A DNA stretch of 64,000 nucleotides from Dictyostelium discoideum. Its lineage: Eukaryota. The stretch covers positions 1,088,001-1,152,000 of the forward strand of contig CM000154.2 in assembly GCA_000004695.1 (NCBI GenBank), written 5' to 3'. The notes under the pieces were generated by a model. That model was not told the origin of the DNA. It searched no databases and worked only from the letters and a program-made list of their open reading frames with translations. Positions 1 through 12,339 of the stretch are shown here, piece by piece; within the stretch, counting starts at the first letter, position 1, and the number at the start of each line of letters is the position of its first letter. The translations under genes and the position numbers were made by a program.

Positions 1-597
1 TCAAAAGAAGCTCTTGTTGAAGCCAATACCGCACAAAAGATTGTTCTCATCCCAAATGATGATAAAAAATTCAATTCCTATTGGAAATATGAATTTGTTA
101 ATGGTGAATTAAGAGTTTACTTCAAACCAAACATTTGCAATGTTAGCGATCTCTCTTATTTTAAACTTGAGACTATCATTCCATCACCAGGTGTTTACTC
201 ATTACCAGCTCGTATTAATCTTAAAGAGAAACAAGAGAAATTCACCGAATCCTTAGAAAAAGTTAAAGCTGTCACTAAAATGGAATGGACTCTCGATGAA
301 TCATCATTGGAAACTGTTTATCCATCATTAGAGAAATCTTATCAAGATAGAATCGGTGAAATCTTTGCAGAAATTCTCGATTACGCTTGTGAAAATATTG
401 TCAAACGTTGTGGTGATGAAATGGTTTGTGAAGCTGTTCAAGAAGCATGTCCAAGTGGTAAAATCGTTTTCAAATTCGATGCTAAACAATCTGAGTATTG
501 GAAATGGAAATTTGCTGATGGTGAACTCCACATTTCATTCAAATCAATTTGTAACACCAGTGATAACTGTTACTATGATTTTGAAAAATTATTATAA
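1..597 (+). CDS. 3' end of a gene running in from upstream of the window. The product is a hypothetical protein with an internally duplicated ~35-aa motif, and the stop is TAA at 595-597.
   Basis: Frame 1 is open from nt 1 to the TAA at 595-597, and codon usage is Dictyostelium-like. The two copies of the duplicated motif are KFNSYWKYEFVNGELRVYFKPNICNVSD (about nt 67-150) and KQSEYWKWKFADGELHISFKSICNTSD (about nt 484-564). I recognise no homolog. Confidence 0.5.
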   Translation, partial: SKEALVEANTAQKIVLIPNDDKKFNSYWKYEFVNGELRVYFKPNICNVSDLSYFKLETIIPSPGVYSLPARINLKEKQEKFTESLEKVKAVTKMEWTLDESSLETVYPSLEKSYQDRIGEIFAEILDYACENIVKRCGDEMVCEAVQEACPSGKIVFKFDAKQSEYWKWKFADGELHISFKSICNTSDNCYYDFEKLL

Positions 598-1132
598 ATA
601 TATTAATATATTTTTAAAAAAAAAAAAAAAAAAATGTAAAATATAATTTATAATTAAATAAAATTAAATTAAGTTATAAATTTAAAAATTGTTTTTATTA
701 CTATTATTATTATTATAATTTTTATTTTATTAATTTTTTTAATTTGGTTTAACAAAAAAAAAAAACTTTTAAAAAAAATTTTAATTTATTTTTTATTTTT
801 TAATTTTTTTATTTTTTTGAACTCTTTCCATATACAGACAAAATAAAATATCTTTTTTTTTATTTTTCACTTTTTATTTTTTTATATTTTTTTTGGGTAT
901 TTATAATTAAAAAAATATTTTATGATGAAAGGAAGATGATGTGTTATACATAATTCAACAATTCAAAGAAAAAAAAATATCTTTTTTTTTTTTTTCAATT
1001 TTTTTTTTTTTTTTAATCTTTCTTATTTAATTCTTTTTTTTTTGTTTTTTTTAGTTTTTTTTTTAGTTTTTTTTTTTTTGTTGCACACAATTAAAAAATT
1101 TAGATAATAGAAAAAAAAAAAAAAAAAAAAAA

Positions 1133-4100
1133 ATGGGTAATACATTTACTTATTTCCAAAATGAATCAGAAAATAATTTACCATCATTTAAAATACCAAA
1201 AATACCAACATTTGAAGAAATTTCAAGTAAACTATCAAAAGAAGGAGTAACAAAAAAAAAATTGGAAGAAATTTTTGAAGAATGTTGTTTTATGTCAATT
1301 GATTTCTTTTTTGATAAATATAAATCAAGTGATTTATTAAAATGTTTACACCGTATGTTATATATATATATATATTTATTAATAATAAAAATAATAAAAA
1401 TATTAATAATTTTTTAATTTTAAAAAAAATAGAAAATCAAAAAGTAGAATGGATGTTTAAATGTAAACAATGTTCAAATGATGCATGTGGATATATTTGT
1501 TGTAAATGTTTTTTAAATGGTAATCATATTGAAGAAGGTCATACATTTTCATTGTATGAGAGTCAAATAAATGATTTTTGTGATTGTGGTAATGAAGAAA
1601 TATTAAAAAAGAGTGGATTTTGTTCAACACATGCTGGAGTTAATGAAAAGAGTAAAAAAGAGATCATTGATAGATTACCATTCTTTATAAAAAAAGATGT
1701 TCATATTTTCTTTAGATACCTTTTTCAATATTTACAAAACCTTACAACATCGATTTTGTTAGAGAAAAATTCAGCATCGGTTGAAGTTATTATTGGTTGG
1801 TTAAAAGAGATTTGCTCAGTTTCTTCAATATTGGTTCATATCATTGCTGAAGAATTCACATCAAGACAATTGGAGATTGGTGAAGATTCAAAGAGTAGAT
1901 TTAAATTGAATGAACATAAACCATTGCCATACAAAAATGAAGCAGAATCAATTCAAAGACTATGGGAGTCACATCATTTCTTGGGTTACATTTTCTCAAA
2001 AGTGGCCATATTGGATAAATTCTTACCATTGTTATCATTGTTGGTTGATAATCATAGTACTTTTAAAGTATCGGTTTTCGAAGAGTATTTAAAGAATTTC
2101 ATTACCATTTTCGCTCCAAGGGATAGAGCATCGTCACGTATTATGCAGTTTTTGGGTATTGTTTACATTGAAAATATAAAGATATCATTACCATTTGCAA
2201 CGGGTTATTCACGTCATAATGTAATCGAGTTAATACTTCGTAGTCATAAAACCATCTATGTTCCATTGCTTTTACCATTTTATCAATCATCAAGTTCAAA
2301 AGATATTACCAAGGAGGTTATGTTACAAACTGATGTACCAGCAATACCAAAGCTATTGAAAGAACCATCAGTAGTAAGATATTTTTGTTCTCAAAGTGAT
2401 AAATTCAAATTACTCTTTGAATATGCCAGAGAGTTACATAAATTCACATCACTTCAATTTGTTGATCCTTCAATTTCAACTACAAAATTCTTATTGGTAC
2501 AAGAATTGAATTTGATAGCCTCTGTAAAGAATATAATGGTTACATTGGATGGAATGGTGGGTGATACTGAATTCCGTCAAGAAATTATTGATTCAATTGC
2601 AGAGAAATTGGTTTCAAATATTGGTGAAATTAAGAAAAGACCTGTGTTTGAGAGATGTGGTATCAAATTACCACATAAGGATTTCTTTCAAAAGTTTACC
2701 TATGCAGAGATACCAGTTCATTTCCCATTGTATCGTATGTTATCAACTTTTCTATTAATGACTAAAATGGATCCATCTTTACTCTATACCAAATATGGTA
2801 TGCTTGAATCGGATGTCATTGATATGGTCCATACGATCGTGTTATTCAGAGTTTTTTATATCACATATGATCCAACTGAAACCTTGGAGAATTGTACCGA
2901 TATAACAATGACAAATGATTTACATATTTTACAAGTTGCAGTTTGTTTATTAGGTTCAAAGAAGTTTTTATATTCATTCTTCAATGTCGTTTCATCGATT
3001 GAACCAACACCAAGTGCATTCAATGAAGCATTCTCCATATTGGTTTCATCATTACAAATTCGTGCAACATTGGTACCAACTAAAAAAGTTATTGAATTTC
3101 ATTTGTTACAAGGATTATTTTCAAATATATTCTTTAAAACTCATTTCCGTTCATTTGATTCAGTTTTAATGGGTGTTAGTGAAAATGATATTTGTGAAAC
3201 CTATATCAATGAATTGGCCGAACCAACTGGTAGAGCATTGGAATTGAAAGATCAAGATAATTGGAAATACTATGACCCTTATTATCCACATTTCTCTCTA
3301 ACCTATCGTAATGCAATTCAAAATGGTTCAAAGAAAAGATTTAAAAAATATATGGAATCAAAGAAAATCCCATCCGAATCAAATCCATTACCACCAGTCT
3401 TAGAGGAGTTACCAACAGAGTTATTGGGATTAACTAAAATTTTCAATGATCAAACTTTAATTGAAATCATTTTTTGTATATTGGCCGATTGTTTATATCC
3501 AACATTTATTGGTTATGATAATAGTATTGAACTTCAACCAATTCTTAAAATGATCATTTCAAATCCACAAATCATTTTAAATGATTTCTTTTATCTTTTA
3601 GTATTATCAATTAAATCATTCAAAGAGATTACTTTACCAATTTTAACAAAATCGGAAATAGATGAAATTGTAAATTCTGTAATTAATTTCTTTGATCATG
3701 AAAAATTAATTAAAACTCAAATTTTAATTAATAATTCAACTGATCAAAATGAAAAAGAAAAGTTATTAATAGAAAATCAAGATAAAATTTTAGAAAATTT
3801 AACAGATAATATTAAAATTAATTATGATGAAACTACTACTACTACTACTACAACCTCAATTGAAGAAAAAGAAAATGTTAATGATAAAGAAATATTTGAT
3901 TCATTAAAAGAAGAAGAAAAAGAAAAAGAAGAAGAAAAAGAAAAAGATAAAGAGAATGAAGAAATTGTAGTTGAAAAAGAAAAATTAAAAGAATTTAGTT
4001 TTAATGGTAAAGATAATGTAATCTATAATTTATTACGTGTTTATAATGTTGAAGTTAAAATTGGTTTTAAAGAGAGATTATCAGTCTTGGATTTACTTTT

Positions 4101-6480
4101 CAAATTTTGGGATTTAATGACAAATCAAACTCAGTATTTACAATTACGTGGAAGTTTATTATACATTTTCAGTTTTTTGAAAGAATTTGATCCAATCTTT
4201 CAAAAAGTATTTGATGAACATAAAGTTGATCTTGTTCACGATGTCGAACATTCAAATCAAGATGATTTAGCTCATAAAAAATCAATGGCCGAAAAGAGAT
4301 TAAAATTATTAGAACAAATGAAAAAACAACAACAATCATTCTTTGATGATTTATCAGATCAAGAAGGGGAAGAAGAAGAAGGAAAAGGACAAGACAATAA
4401 AAAAGATGAAAAAGATGATAAAAAAGATGATAAAAAAGAAAATGAAAATAAAGAAAATAAAGATAATGAAAATAAAGATAATGAAAATAAAGATAATGAA
4501 AATAAAGATAATGAAAAAGAATTAAATGATAAATCAAATATTGATGATGGTAGAAATGAAACAACGGTGACAACAAAAGTAAAAATAATTGAAGAAGTAG
4601 AAGAAGAAGAAGAAGAAGAAAATATAATAAAAATTGAAAAAGTTGAAGAAAAAGTTGAAGAAAAAGAAAAAGAAAAACATAAACATGATCATGATCATGA
4701 AAATGAAGATGAAGATGAACATAGTGAATTCGAACCATGTGTAGTTTGTAAACTTTCAGAAAAAGCTGGTAGATTATTTGCAATAGCATATGTTGACTTA
4801 TCATCAGTTTCTCATCAAAATACAAAACAATCAATTGATGAAATTAAAATGGATAAATTGAATGTTGGTTACAATGAAAATTATAAAAAATTTTTAGAGA
4901 AATATTATTCAATACTTAAACAAAATTCAGCTAAAACCATCCCAACTGGAGAAAAACCAGAAAGTTTTTCAGTTTATTTATTCTCGAATTCAGTATCAAC
5001 CTATGTAACTTCATGTGGTCATAATATTCATAAGAGATGTTTTGACAACCTTATGAAGGGCCAACCATTGGATCCATTTCTTGCAACAGCTTTCAAGTGT
5101 CCACTTTGTAATAGACATTCAAATATTACAATTGTGTTGGGTGAGCCAAATGATACCATTCAATATAGATCCTATGTTGAGGATCTCTTTAAAAAGTTAT
5201 GTTACTATGATTTCGTATCATTGATGAACAAAGATTCAATGTATAGTATCGATGAATACCTTTGGAAATTCATTATTCAAAATATTGAAACCTTGGAATT
5301 GAAGAGTAGAAAAACCACTCTATACAATGACAATGATCAACAGCCAGCTTACTTTTTAATGTCAGAACATGACTTCCAAAGAGAGCTCACCACAACTGCT
5401 CGTTTACATAGAGTGATTGCACAAGTTGACTTTAAACAAAAAGTTCCACATGCAGAGTTACCAATTAGAAATAATGGTATCTTTTTCTCTGATGCATTCA
5501 TTGCTTCATCCTATTCAATTTGGTTATGCAAATTTCATCCATCTCAATTATTTGATATCATTTTAGATGGTTTACAATATTATATCTTTAAAATGGTAAT
5601 TCATCATTGTATAAAGAATAATATAATGCCAACCACTGGTGATGAAAATACAAACCAATACATTTCAAATGCTATCAATCTAATCACCAATGAATTCAAT
5701 CGTTTATTTTATGGTGAAAAACCATTATTAGACAATGATAATACATTTAGAGAAGAGTTTATCAATCAATTACTTCCATTCGTTAGAAAATTATATTTAC
5801 TCTATATCATTATCTCAAGAGCAAATCCAAAACAACCTCAACCACCGATATTAACAATGGAGAAATTAACCGATATTAACTATTGTTTAAGTTGTTTCAA
5901 ATTCAATGGTTTACTCGATATGGTTAATATAGTTTGTTCAAAAGCAAACTTTGAAAATACTCTCAATCAATTCTTGAGAAAGGATAAAATGACCTCACAA
6001 CTTTCAGCTTTTCCTCAAGTATTTTGTAGTTTCCCACCACCTTTGAAATATGATTCCTTACCAAAATGGATTGATCTCCCAACTAGATTTGTAGATTTTA
6101 TGAAAGATCATCTATTTGCTGGTCATTGTTCAAAATGTGGTGCTTTATTAAAATTGGTTTGTTTAATGTGTGGTAATTGTTCATGTGAAACTTCATCTTG
6201 CAGAATCGATTTATTCTTTCACAAACCTTCTTGTTGTACTCAATATCCATTGGCATTTTACCATGCAATCGATAGACCATTTGCAAAATCTTTCAAACTT
6301 GAACAAGGATTTTTAAAAGCTCAAACTCCAACATTCATCAGCATCTATTTGGATCAAAATGGTCATAAAATCGCTACACCTTCAATTCATGCAAAATTAT
6401 CAAATAAGAAACTTTCCAAACTTTATAAATGTTGGATTGATTGTAGTAATAGAAGAAAATATTTCATTGAGAAAAAATAG
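1133..6480 (+). CDS. E3 ubiquitin ligase of the UBR-box N-recognin (UBR1-like) family. Exons are 1133..1352 and 1433..6480, giving about 1755 aa.
   Basis: The ATG is at 1133. The intron runs from the GTATGT donor at 1353 to the AG at 1431-1432, is AT-rich and about 80 nt. Exon 2 starts ENQKVEWMF and encodes a canonical UBR box (CKQCSNDACGYICCKCFLNGNHIEEGHTFS...FCDCGNEE...FCSTH). A RING-like module (CVVCK...CGHNIHKRCFDNLMKG...CPLCNRH) lies in the C-terminal third. An acidic insert with NENKD repeats and KE-rich runs lies at about 4380-4700. The stop is TAG at 6478-6480. Confidence 0.75.
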
Positions 6481-6748
6481 TTTATTGTAAAAAAAAAATA
6501 AAAAAATAAAAAAAAAAAATAAAATAAAATAAACAAAACAAAAAACGTTCCCCAAAAAAATTATCAAGATATTTTATTTTTTTTATTTTTTTATTTTTTT
6601 TTTTATTTTTTTTTATTTTTTTTTTAAAATTTTATTTTTACTTTTCTATTTTTTTCTTTTTTACACTCCGAACTGTTTTACTTTTTATTTTTTTATTTTT
6701 AAATTTTATTTTATTTGCGGTAATAATACAAAAGAAAAAAAAAAAAAA

Positions 6749-6927
6749 ATGATTAAAAGTTTATTATTATTAATATCTATAATTATTGGAATTGTTATTT
6801 CTCAAGAGGGAGCTTACCCACCAGCAGGTATTTATGTTGGACTTTCATCAAATTTCTTAACAACTGAAGGTGAATCTGTAAGTAAAATAATTATATTAAA
6901 TATTAAAGTTTAATTCTAATTTTTATT

Positions 6928-6958
<31 letters not shown>

Positions 6959-8458
6959 TTAACTATTAGCTAACAACATATGCTCAAAATGAATTATTAT
7001 CAATGTCATTACCAGATCAATCAGGATCTTCAAGTAAAGCATCATATACATTCACATCTTTTAAACTTGGTTTAACCTTGGATAATATTTTCTATAATCA
7101 ATTACAAACAGATGTTTATCAAATGTAAATTATAAAATAATCATAATAATAATAATAATCCTAGAAATAATAATTAATAATCCATGATACTAAATTTTTA
7201 AAATTTTTTTTTTGGAAATAGTGGTTGGGAAACAATATCTTTTGAATTACAATGGAATTATCATATTTGTGCAAATGCAATTTTCAATCCATGTGAAAAT
7301 GGTAATATTCAAGTTGGTACAGTTTCAGGAGCATCTGCAGCCGTTGCATCAAATGTTTATGTTGAATTTAATTCAACATCAACATCAATCATTGCAACCA
7401 ATACAACTATGGCATTTGATCAAGGTGCAGTTCAAGTTAATGTACATTGTTCAAATGCAATTTGTGTTATTCCAGTTAGTGATATTGCCAATGAAGTCGC
7501 ACAAAACTTTGTTACTGAGCTCACAAATGGTATCACCAAAGCCATTAATGAACAAGTTCCAACCATCGAAGCATTATTTACACCAATTAAACAAATTCCA
7601 ATGACTCTTTCAAATGGTGATTCATTTTGGATCAATTTAGAGGGTACTTTAGTTGAAGAGAGTAATCCAACCGCTGATTTACCAACAATTACCGCTGCTT
7701 TAAATGGTGGTGTAATTTTAGAGAATACTGATGGTAATTTCGTTTATCCATCACAAATTCCATCCTACATTCCAACCGATTCACAATTGGAATCTTTCAC
7801 TAGTGACTATAGTATTGTTGTAACTGGATTTTTCATTGAATCTTTATTTGACGCTGTTTTCGCTTCAGCTTTACCAATGACAATCAATCCAAGTCAAGTT
7901 CCATCGGCTTCACCTGTTCAATTGAATACTAGTGATGGCTTTTTCAGTGGTGTTGCTCCAGGTTTATCTCAATACCCAAATCTTGGAATTCAAGTTAATT
8001 GTTATTCACCCGTTACTCCATTGGTTAGTATTAACTCATCAGCAATCTCTTTATTCAATTTGGAATTATCAGCTGATTTCATCATTTTAAATGGTGATAA
8101 TCCATTCACTGCTTTCACTGTTTTATTCACAATCGATGCTTCTCTTTCAACTGAAATCCTCACTGATTCTCCTTCAACTTTTTCTTTAAATTCAACTCTT
8201 GCCTCTATGACTCCAAACGCTACAATCGTCACTAGTACCATTGGCTCAGTTGATGCAACTGGTTTCGTACAATTAATGCAAATGGTACAAGGTGTAATTA
8301 AATTACCTTCTCCAGCTTATTCTGTACCTTCAAAATATTCAATGTCAAATGTTGAATTACAACTTGGTACTCAAGTAATTCAAATCACTTTTGATTTAAT
8401 TGATTCCTCTTTACTAGAAAAACAAAAAATTATTAAAAAATCTATAAATTTTAATTGA
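6749..8458 (+). CDS. Secreted BPI/LBP/CETP-fold (TULIP-like) protein, paralog A. Exons are 6749..6877, 6970..7124 and 7222..8458, giving about 507 aa.
   Basis: Exon 1 encodes a signal peptide, MIKSLLLLISIIIGIVISQEG... and ends in phase 0 at the GTAAGT donor at 6878. Exon 2, after the acceptor AG at 6968-6969, reads LTTYAQNELLSMSLPDQ... and ends in phase 2 at GTAAAT at 7125. Exon 3, after the AG at 7220-7221, reads GWETISFELQWNYHICA... The N-terminal region aligns by eye with the BPI N-terminal barrel (GLSSNFL..L...ELL..LPDQSG...Y.F.SF.L....). The intron positions are identical to those of the paralog at 9291. Confidence 0.6.
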
Positions 8459-9290
8459 ATATATAAAACGAAATAAAATAAAATAAAATAAATAAAAAAA
8501 TTATTTGTAATAATATTTTAAAAAATAAATATCAAATTCCAATTATTCTTAATTTTAACTAGATTCATGATGATTGATACTCCTCTTGTTTAATACTTGA
8601 TTGTGGTGGTAGTGGCTGTGGTTGAAATTTAATATTTTAAATTCAAACAATAACTATTGTAATAGAGTAATAGGGTTTTAAATACACTTAATTCACCTTT
8701 TTTCTTTATTATAAATAATATTAAATTAAAATAAAATTAAAAAAATAATGATGAAACTACATTAGTTGTTGATCTACCTCCAAAAAATGATGATCCATCT
8801 CTCTCTGGTTGTTGTGGTTGTTTAAAACTACTAGATCCGCCTCCAAAAAATGATGATACATCTTTTTCTGTTTGTGGTGGTTGTGATTTAGTTGGTGTTT
8901 GAAGTGGTTTTTGTTATTGTTGTTGTGGTGGGTTGTGTTTGTGGTACTTGTGAAACCAACTTAAATATATGTTTCTTTATTTTCTTATAATAATAAAAAA
9001 ATCAAATAATACAAGAGCAACGACAACAATAACCAGACCATCACCATTGTTTAGATGCAAATTGTTTTTTGTTTTTATTTTAATTAAATTTCCAAAAGAT
9101 TTTTTTTCTTTTTTTTTTTATTTTTTTTTTTTTATTAAAAAAAAAAAAACCCAAACACTTTTTTTTATTATAATAATTATTCCTCATAATCCATGTATTT
9201 AAAAAAATAAAAAAATTATTCTTCATAATACATGTATTTTAAAAAATAAAATATATATATATATAAATATATTTATTTATTCAAAATAAA

Positions 9291-10986
9291 ATGAATAAAA
9301 CTATCATACTTTTATTAATTTCAATTATTTTTGAAATAGTAATATCATCATCCGTTGATGGTAATTATCCAGCTGGAGGTTTATATTTTGGTGTATCATC
9401 AAATTTCTTGGTTGGTGAATCTGAAAAGGTATTTATCAATCATTAATTGTCCCTTAATTTCGTAAATATTAACCTAAATTTAAAAAAAAAAATAAAATAA
9501 AAAATATATATATAGTTTACTCAATATGTTCAAGATGAATTATTAGCAATGGATTTGCCAGATCAATCAGGTGATTCAGATGGAGTACAATATTCATTTA
9601 CTCATTTTAAACTTGCATTAAATTTACAAGATTTCTTTTATGCACAATTAGGACCTGGTGTTTTTCAAATGTAATTCAAATATTTTATTTAAAAAAAAAA
9701 AAAAAAAAAGAGATTATAAAACTTTGTTAACTTTGTTATATCTATCTTTTTTAAAATTAGGGGATGGGATACTATTACATTTAATTTACAATGGGAATAT
9801 GAAATTTGTGTTAAAAAAGTTGTAAAACTTTGTGAATCAGGCACAATTACAGTTTATACAGCAAGTGGTCAAAGTGTATCATTAGGAACTACATTAGATG
9901 TTTTATTTAATTCATCAAATGCAAAGATTGAGGCAACATCAACTGTTATGCCATTTGAGGCGGGGGCAGTGGTTGCAAGTGTACATTGTACAGATTCGGT
10001 TTGTTTAATACCAATCAATGATATCGTGAGTGAAGTTTCATCACAATTTGTATCACAAGTTACAAATGGTGTTACAAAGGCTATAAATGATAAAGCCCCC
10101 TCTATTGAGCAACTGTTTACACCAATTAAACAGATACCAATAACTATGGATAGTGGTAACCAATATTGGATTGATTTAGAGGGTTGTTTAGTTGAAGCTA
10201 ATTATAGTTCAAATTCACCATCCACCATTACCGCTGCTATTAATGGTGGTATAGTTTTAGAGAATACTGATGGTAATTTCGTTTACCCAACTCAAACACC
10301 ATCCTATGTACCATACGATTCACAAATGGAGTCTTTCACATCAGACTACTGTATCACTATCACTGGTTACTTTATTGAGACCCTGTTGGATGCTGTATTG
10401 GTACCAGAGTTTCCAATGACAATTCAACCATCACAAATACCAGCTTCATCACCAGTTCAATTGAATACAAGTTCTGATTTCTTTAGTGGTATCGCTCCAA
10501 ATTTAACCTCTAAATATCCAAATGTTGGTATTCAAGTGAATTTAATGCCACCAACAATACCAACGGTTACGATCAATTCAAGTGCTATCATTTTAACAGA
10601 TTTTGAAATTTCAACTTCATTTTTAGTGTTAACTGATAATGATGATGCTATTCCTGTTTTCAATGTTTTGTTCAAATTTGATGCTGAAATCCAAACCACC
10701 CTTTATACTGATAGTGTCTCTGTTTTCTCTTTAAATTCAACATTACTATCAATAACACCAAATGTAACCATAACTGATTCAAACGTTGGTTCTGTCGATG
10801 CCACTGGTTTTGTTCAACTAATTGAAATGGCACAATCTATAATTAAAATTCCATCAATAACTTATCCTGTACCTTCAAAATATTCAATAACAAATGTAAA
10901 TTCACAACTTGGTGATCAAATAATTCAACTTACTTTTGATTTAATTGAAAATTCAACTAATCAAAAATATCTTAAAAAATCTGTAA

Positions 10987-11018
<32 letters not shown>

Positions 11019-11021
11019 TGA
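9291..11021 (+). CDS. Secreted BPI-fold protein, paralog B. Exons are 9291..9428, 9516..9670 and 9761..11021, giving about 518 aa.
   Basis: Exon 1 encodes a signal peptide, MNKTIILLLISIIFEIVISS, and has its GT donor at 9429. Exon 2 is 155 nt, exactly the same length as in paralog A, and ends at GTAATT at 9671. The last acceptor AG is at 9759-9760. The protein is about 60% identical to paralog A across exon 3. The C-terminus reads through an A20 tract (KKKKKKK) to a TGA at 11019-11021, whereas paralog A stops earlier. Confidence 0.6.
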
Positions 11022-11193
11022 ATGTATTTTAAATAAAATAATTATAAATAGTTTTGTAAAAAAAAAAAAAAAAAAAATAGAAATAGAATAAAAAAAAAAA
11101 AAACTATTTGGATTTATACAATTTTATTGATTTTTTTTATTATTATCATTAAATATTTATTTATTTATTTGTTTGTTTTTTTTTTTTTTTTTT

Positions 11194-12005
11194 TTAGTTT
11201 TGACTAATACCACCGCTACTATTACTATTGATGGATGAAACTAAAATTGTTGGACGTCTTTGTGGAATTTTTGATTTTAAACTTGATTGTGTTGATGAAA
11301 AGGATGAATTTGGTATATTTTCTTTTGTTGAAGTTGGTGGTATTAATGATTTTCTTGGTATTTTCGAAACAGTTGATGATGATGATGATGATATTGATGA
11401 CGATGACGATAAAACTGACATTCTTGGAGCAATTGATTTTCTCTGTTTAAGTGCACGTGGTGATTGTTGAATTATTTGTTGTGGTTGGATTGTTTGAATT
11501 GGTTGAATTGGTTGTTGTAAAGAAGATTGTAATGAAGTTAATTCTGAAAATTTTAAATCATGTTCTCTTTGTTTTAATTGTTGTTCAAATTCAAGTAATT
11601 GTTTTTTCTTTTCTAAATATTTCTTTTGTGATATTTCTAATTCCTTTTCTTTATCTTCCAATTGTTTAGTTTTAATTTCAATCTCTGAAACTGTTTGATT
11701 TAATTCCACTGCCAATTGTCTAAGTTTTTCTTTTTCATCCTCAATTTCAAATTCCTTTTCATCCAATCTAAATTCTTTTTCATTTAATTCTTTTTCTTTT
11801 AATTGAATTCTTTGTTCTTCAAATTTTATTTTCTCTTTTTCTTGTCTATTCTCTTCTCTTTGACATTCAATTTCAAATAATTGTTCATCTAAATTACTTA
11901 CATTATCACTTTTTTTTTTTTTAAAATTATACAAAAAAAATATTTATAATAATAATAGTAATATTAATAAAAAAAAAAAAATTAATAAATCATATATATA
12001 TTTGG

Positions 12006-12047
<42 letters not shown>

Positions 12048-12129
12048 ACAAATTTATTCCTCTATCTATTGGTTCTTCTGTATATGAAATTTTCTTTCTT
12101 TTATTTGGTGTGAATAATTCTTTATTCAT
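11194..12129 (-). CDS. Hypothetical coiled-coil protein with a Ser-rich tail. Exons are 12129..12050 and 11908..11194 on the minus strand, giving about 264 aa.
   Basis: The long minus ORF from 11194 to 11934 has no ATG; the track's M there is a TTG. I propose a first exon ATGAATAAAGAA... (MNKELFTPNKRKKISYTEEPIDRGIN) running from 12129 down to 12050, followed by a GTAAGG donor. The intron is 141 nt and AT-rich, and the acceptor AG corresponds to plus-strand 11910-11909. Exon 2 then encodes a heptad-rich E/K coiled coil (QLKEKELNEKEFRLDEKEFEIEDEKEKLRQL...). The stop is TAA at 11194-11196. Confidence 0.45.
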
Positions 12130-12339
12130 TTTTTTTTTTTTTTTTTTTTTTTATATTAATGATAATAATAAGTATATTATAAAAAATAATAAAAAAAATA
12201 AAAAACAAAGTGGCTTTTATAAAAAAAAAAAAAAAAAAAAAAATGAAAATAAATGAATTTTGGCGCCACTTTTTTTTTTTAGATATTTATTCATTTTTAT
12301 TTTTTTATTTTTTTATTTTTTTATTTTTTTTTTATCTCT

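Noticed and set aside
4169-4834. A 221-aa minus-strand ORF, plus the 4343 and 4534 ORFs, overlapping the UBR gene.
   Set aside because: It is an antisense or other-frame reading of a GAA/AAG/AAT low-complexity coding region (F/L/Y/H-rich nonsense). The sense frame has clear UBR homology.
8969-9202. A plus ORF of 77 aa in the spacer between the BPI-like genes.
   Set aside because: It is a poly-T/A-derived F/K-rich frame, is not coding-like, and overlaps the promoter region of paralog B.
12002-12256. A plus ORF encoding poly-K.
   Set aside because: It is an A-homopolymer tract. The region is the intron and 5' exon of the minus-strand coiled-coil gene.
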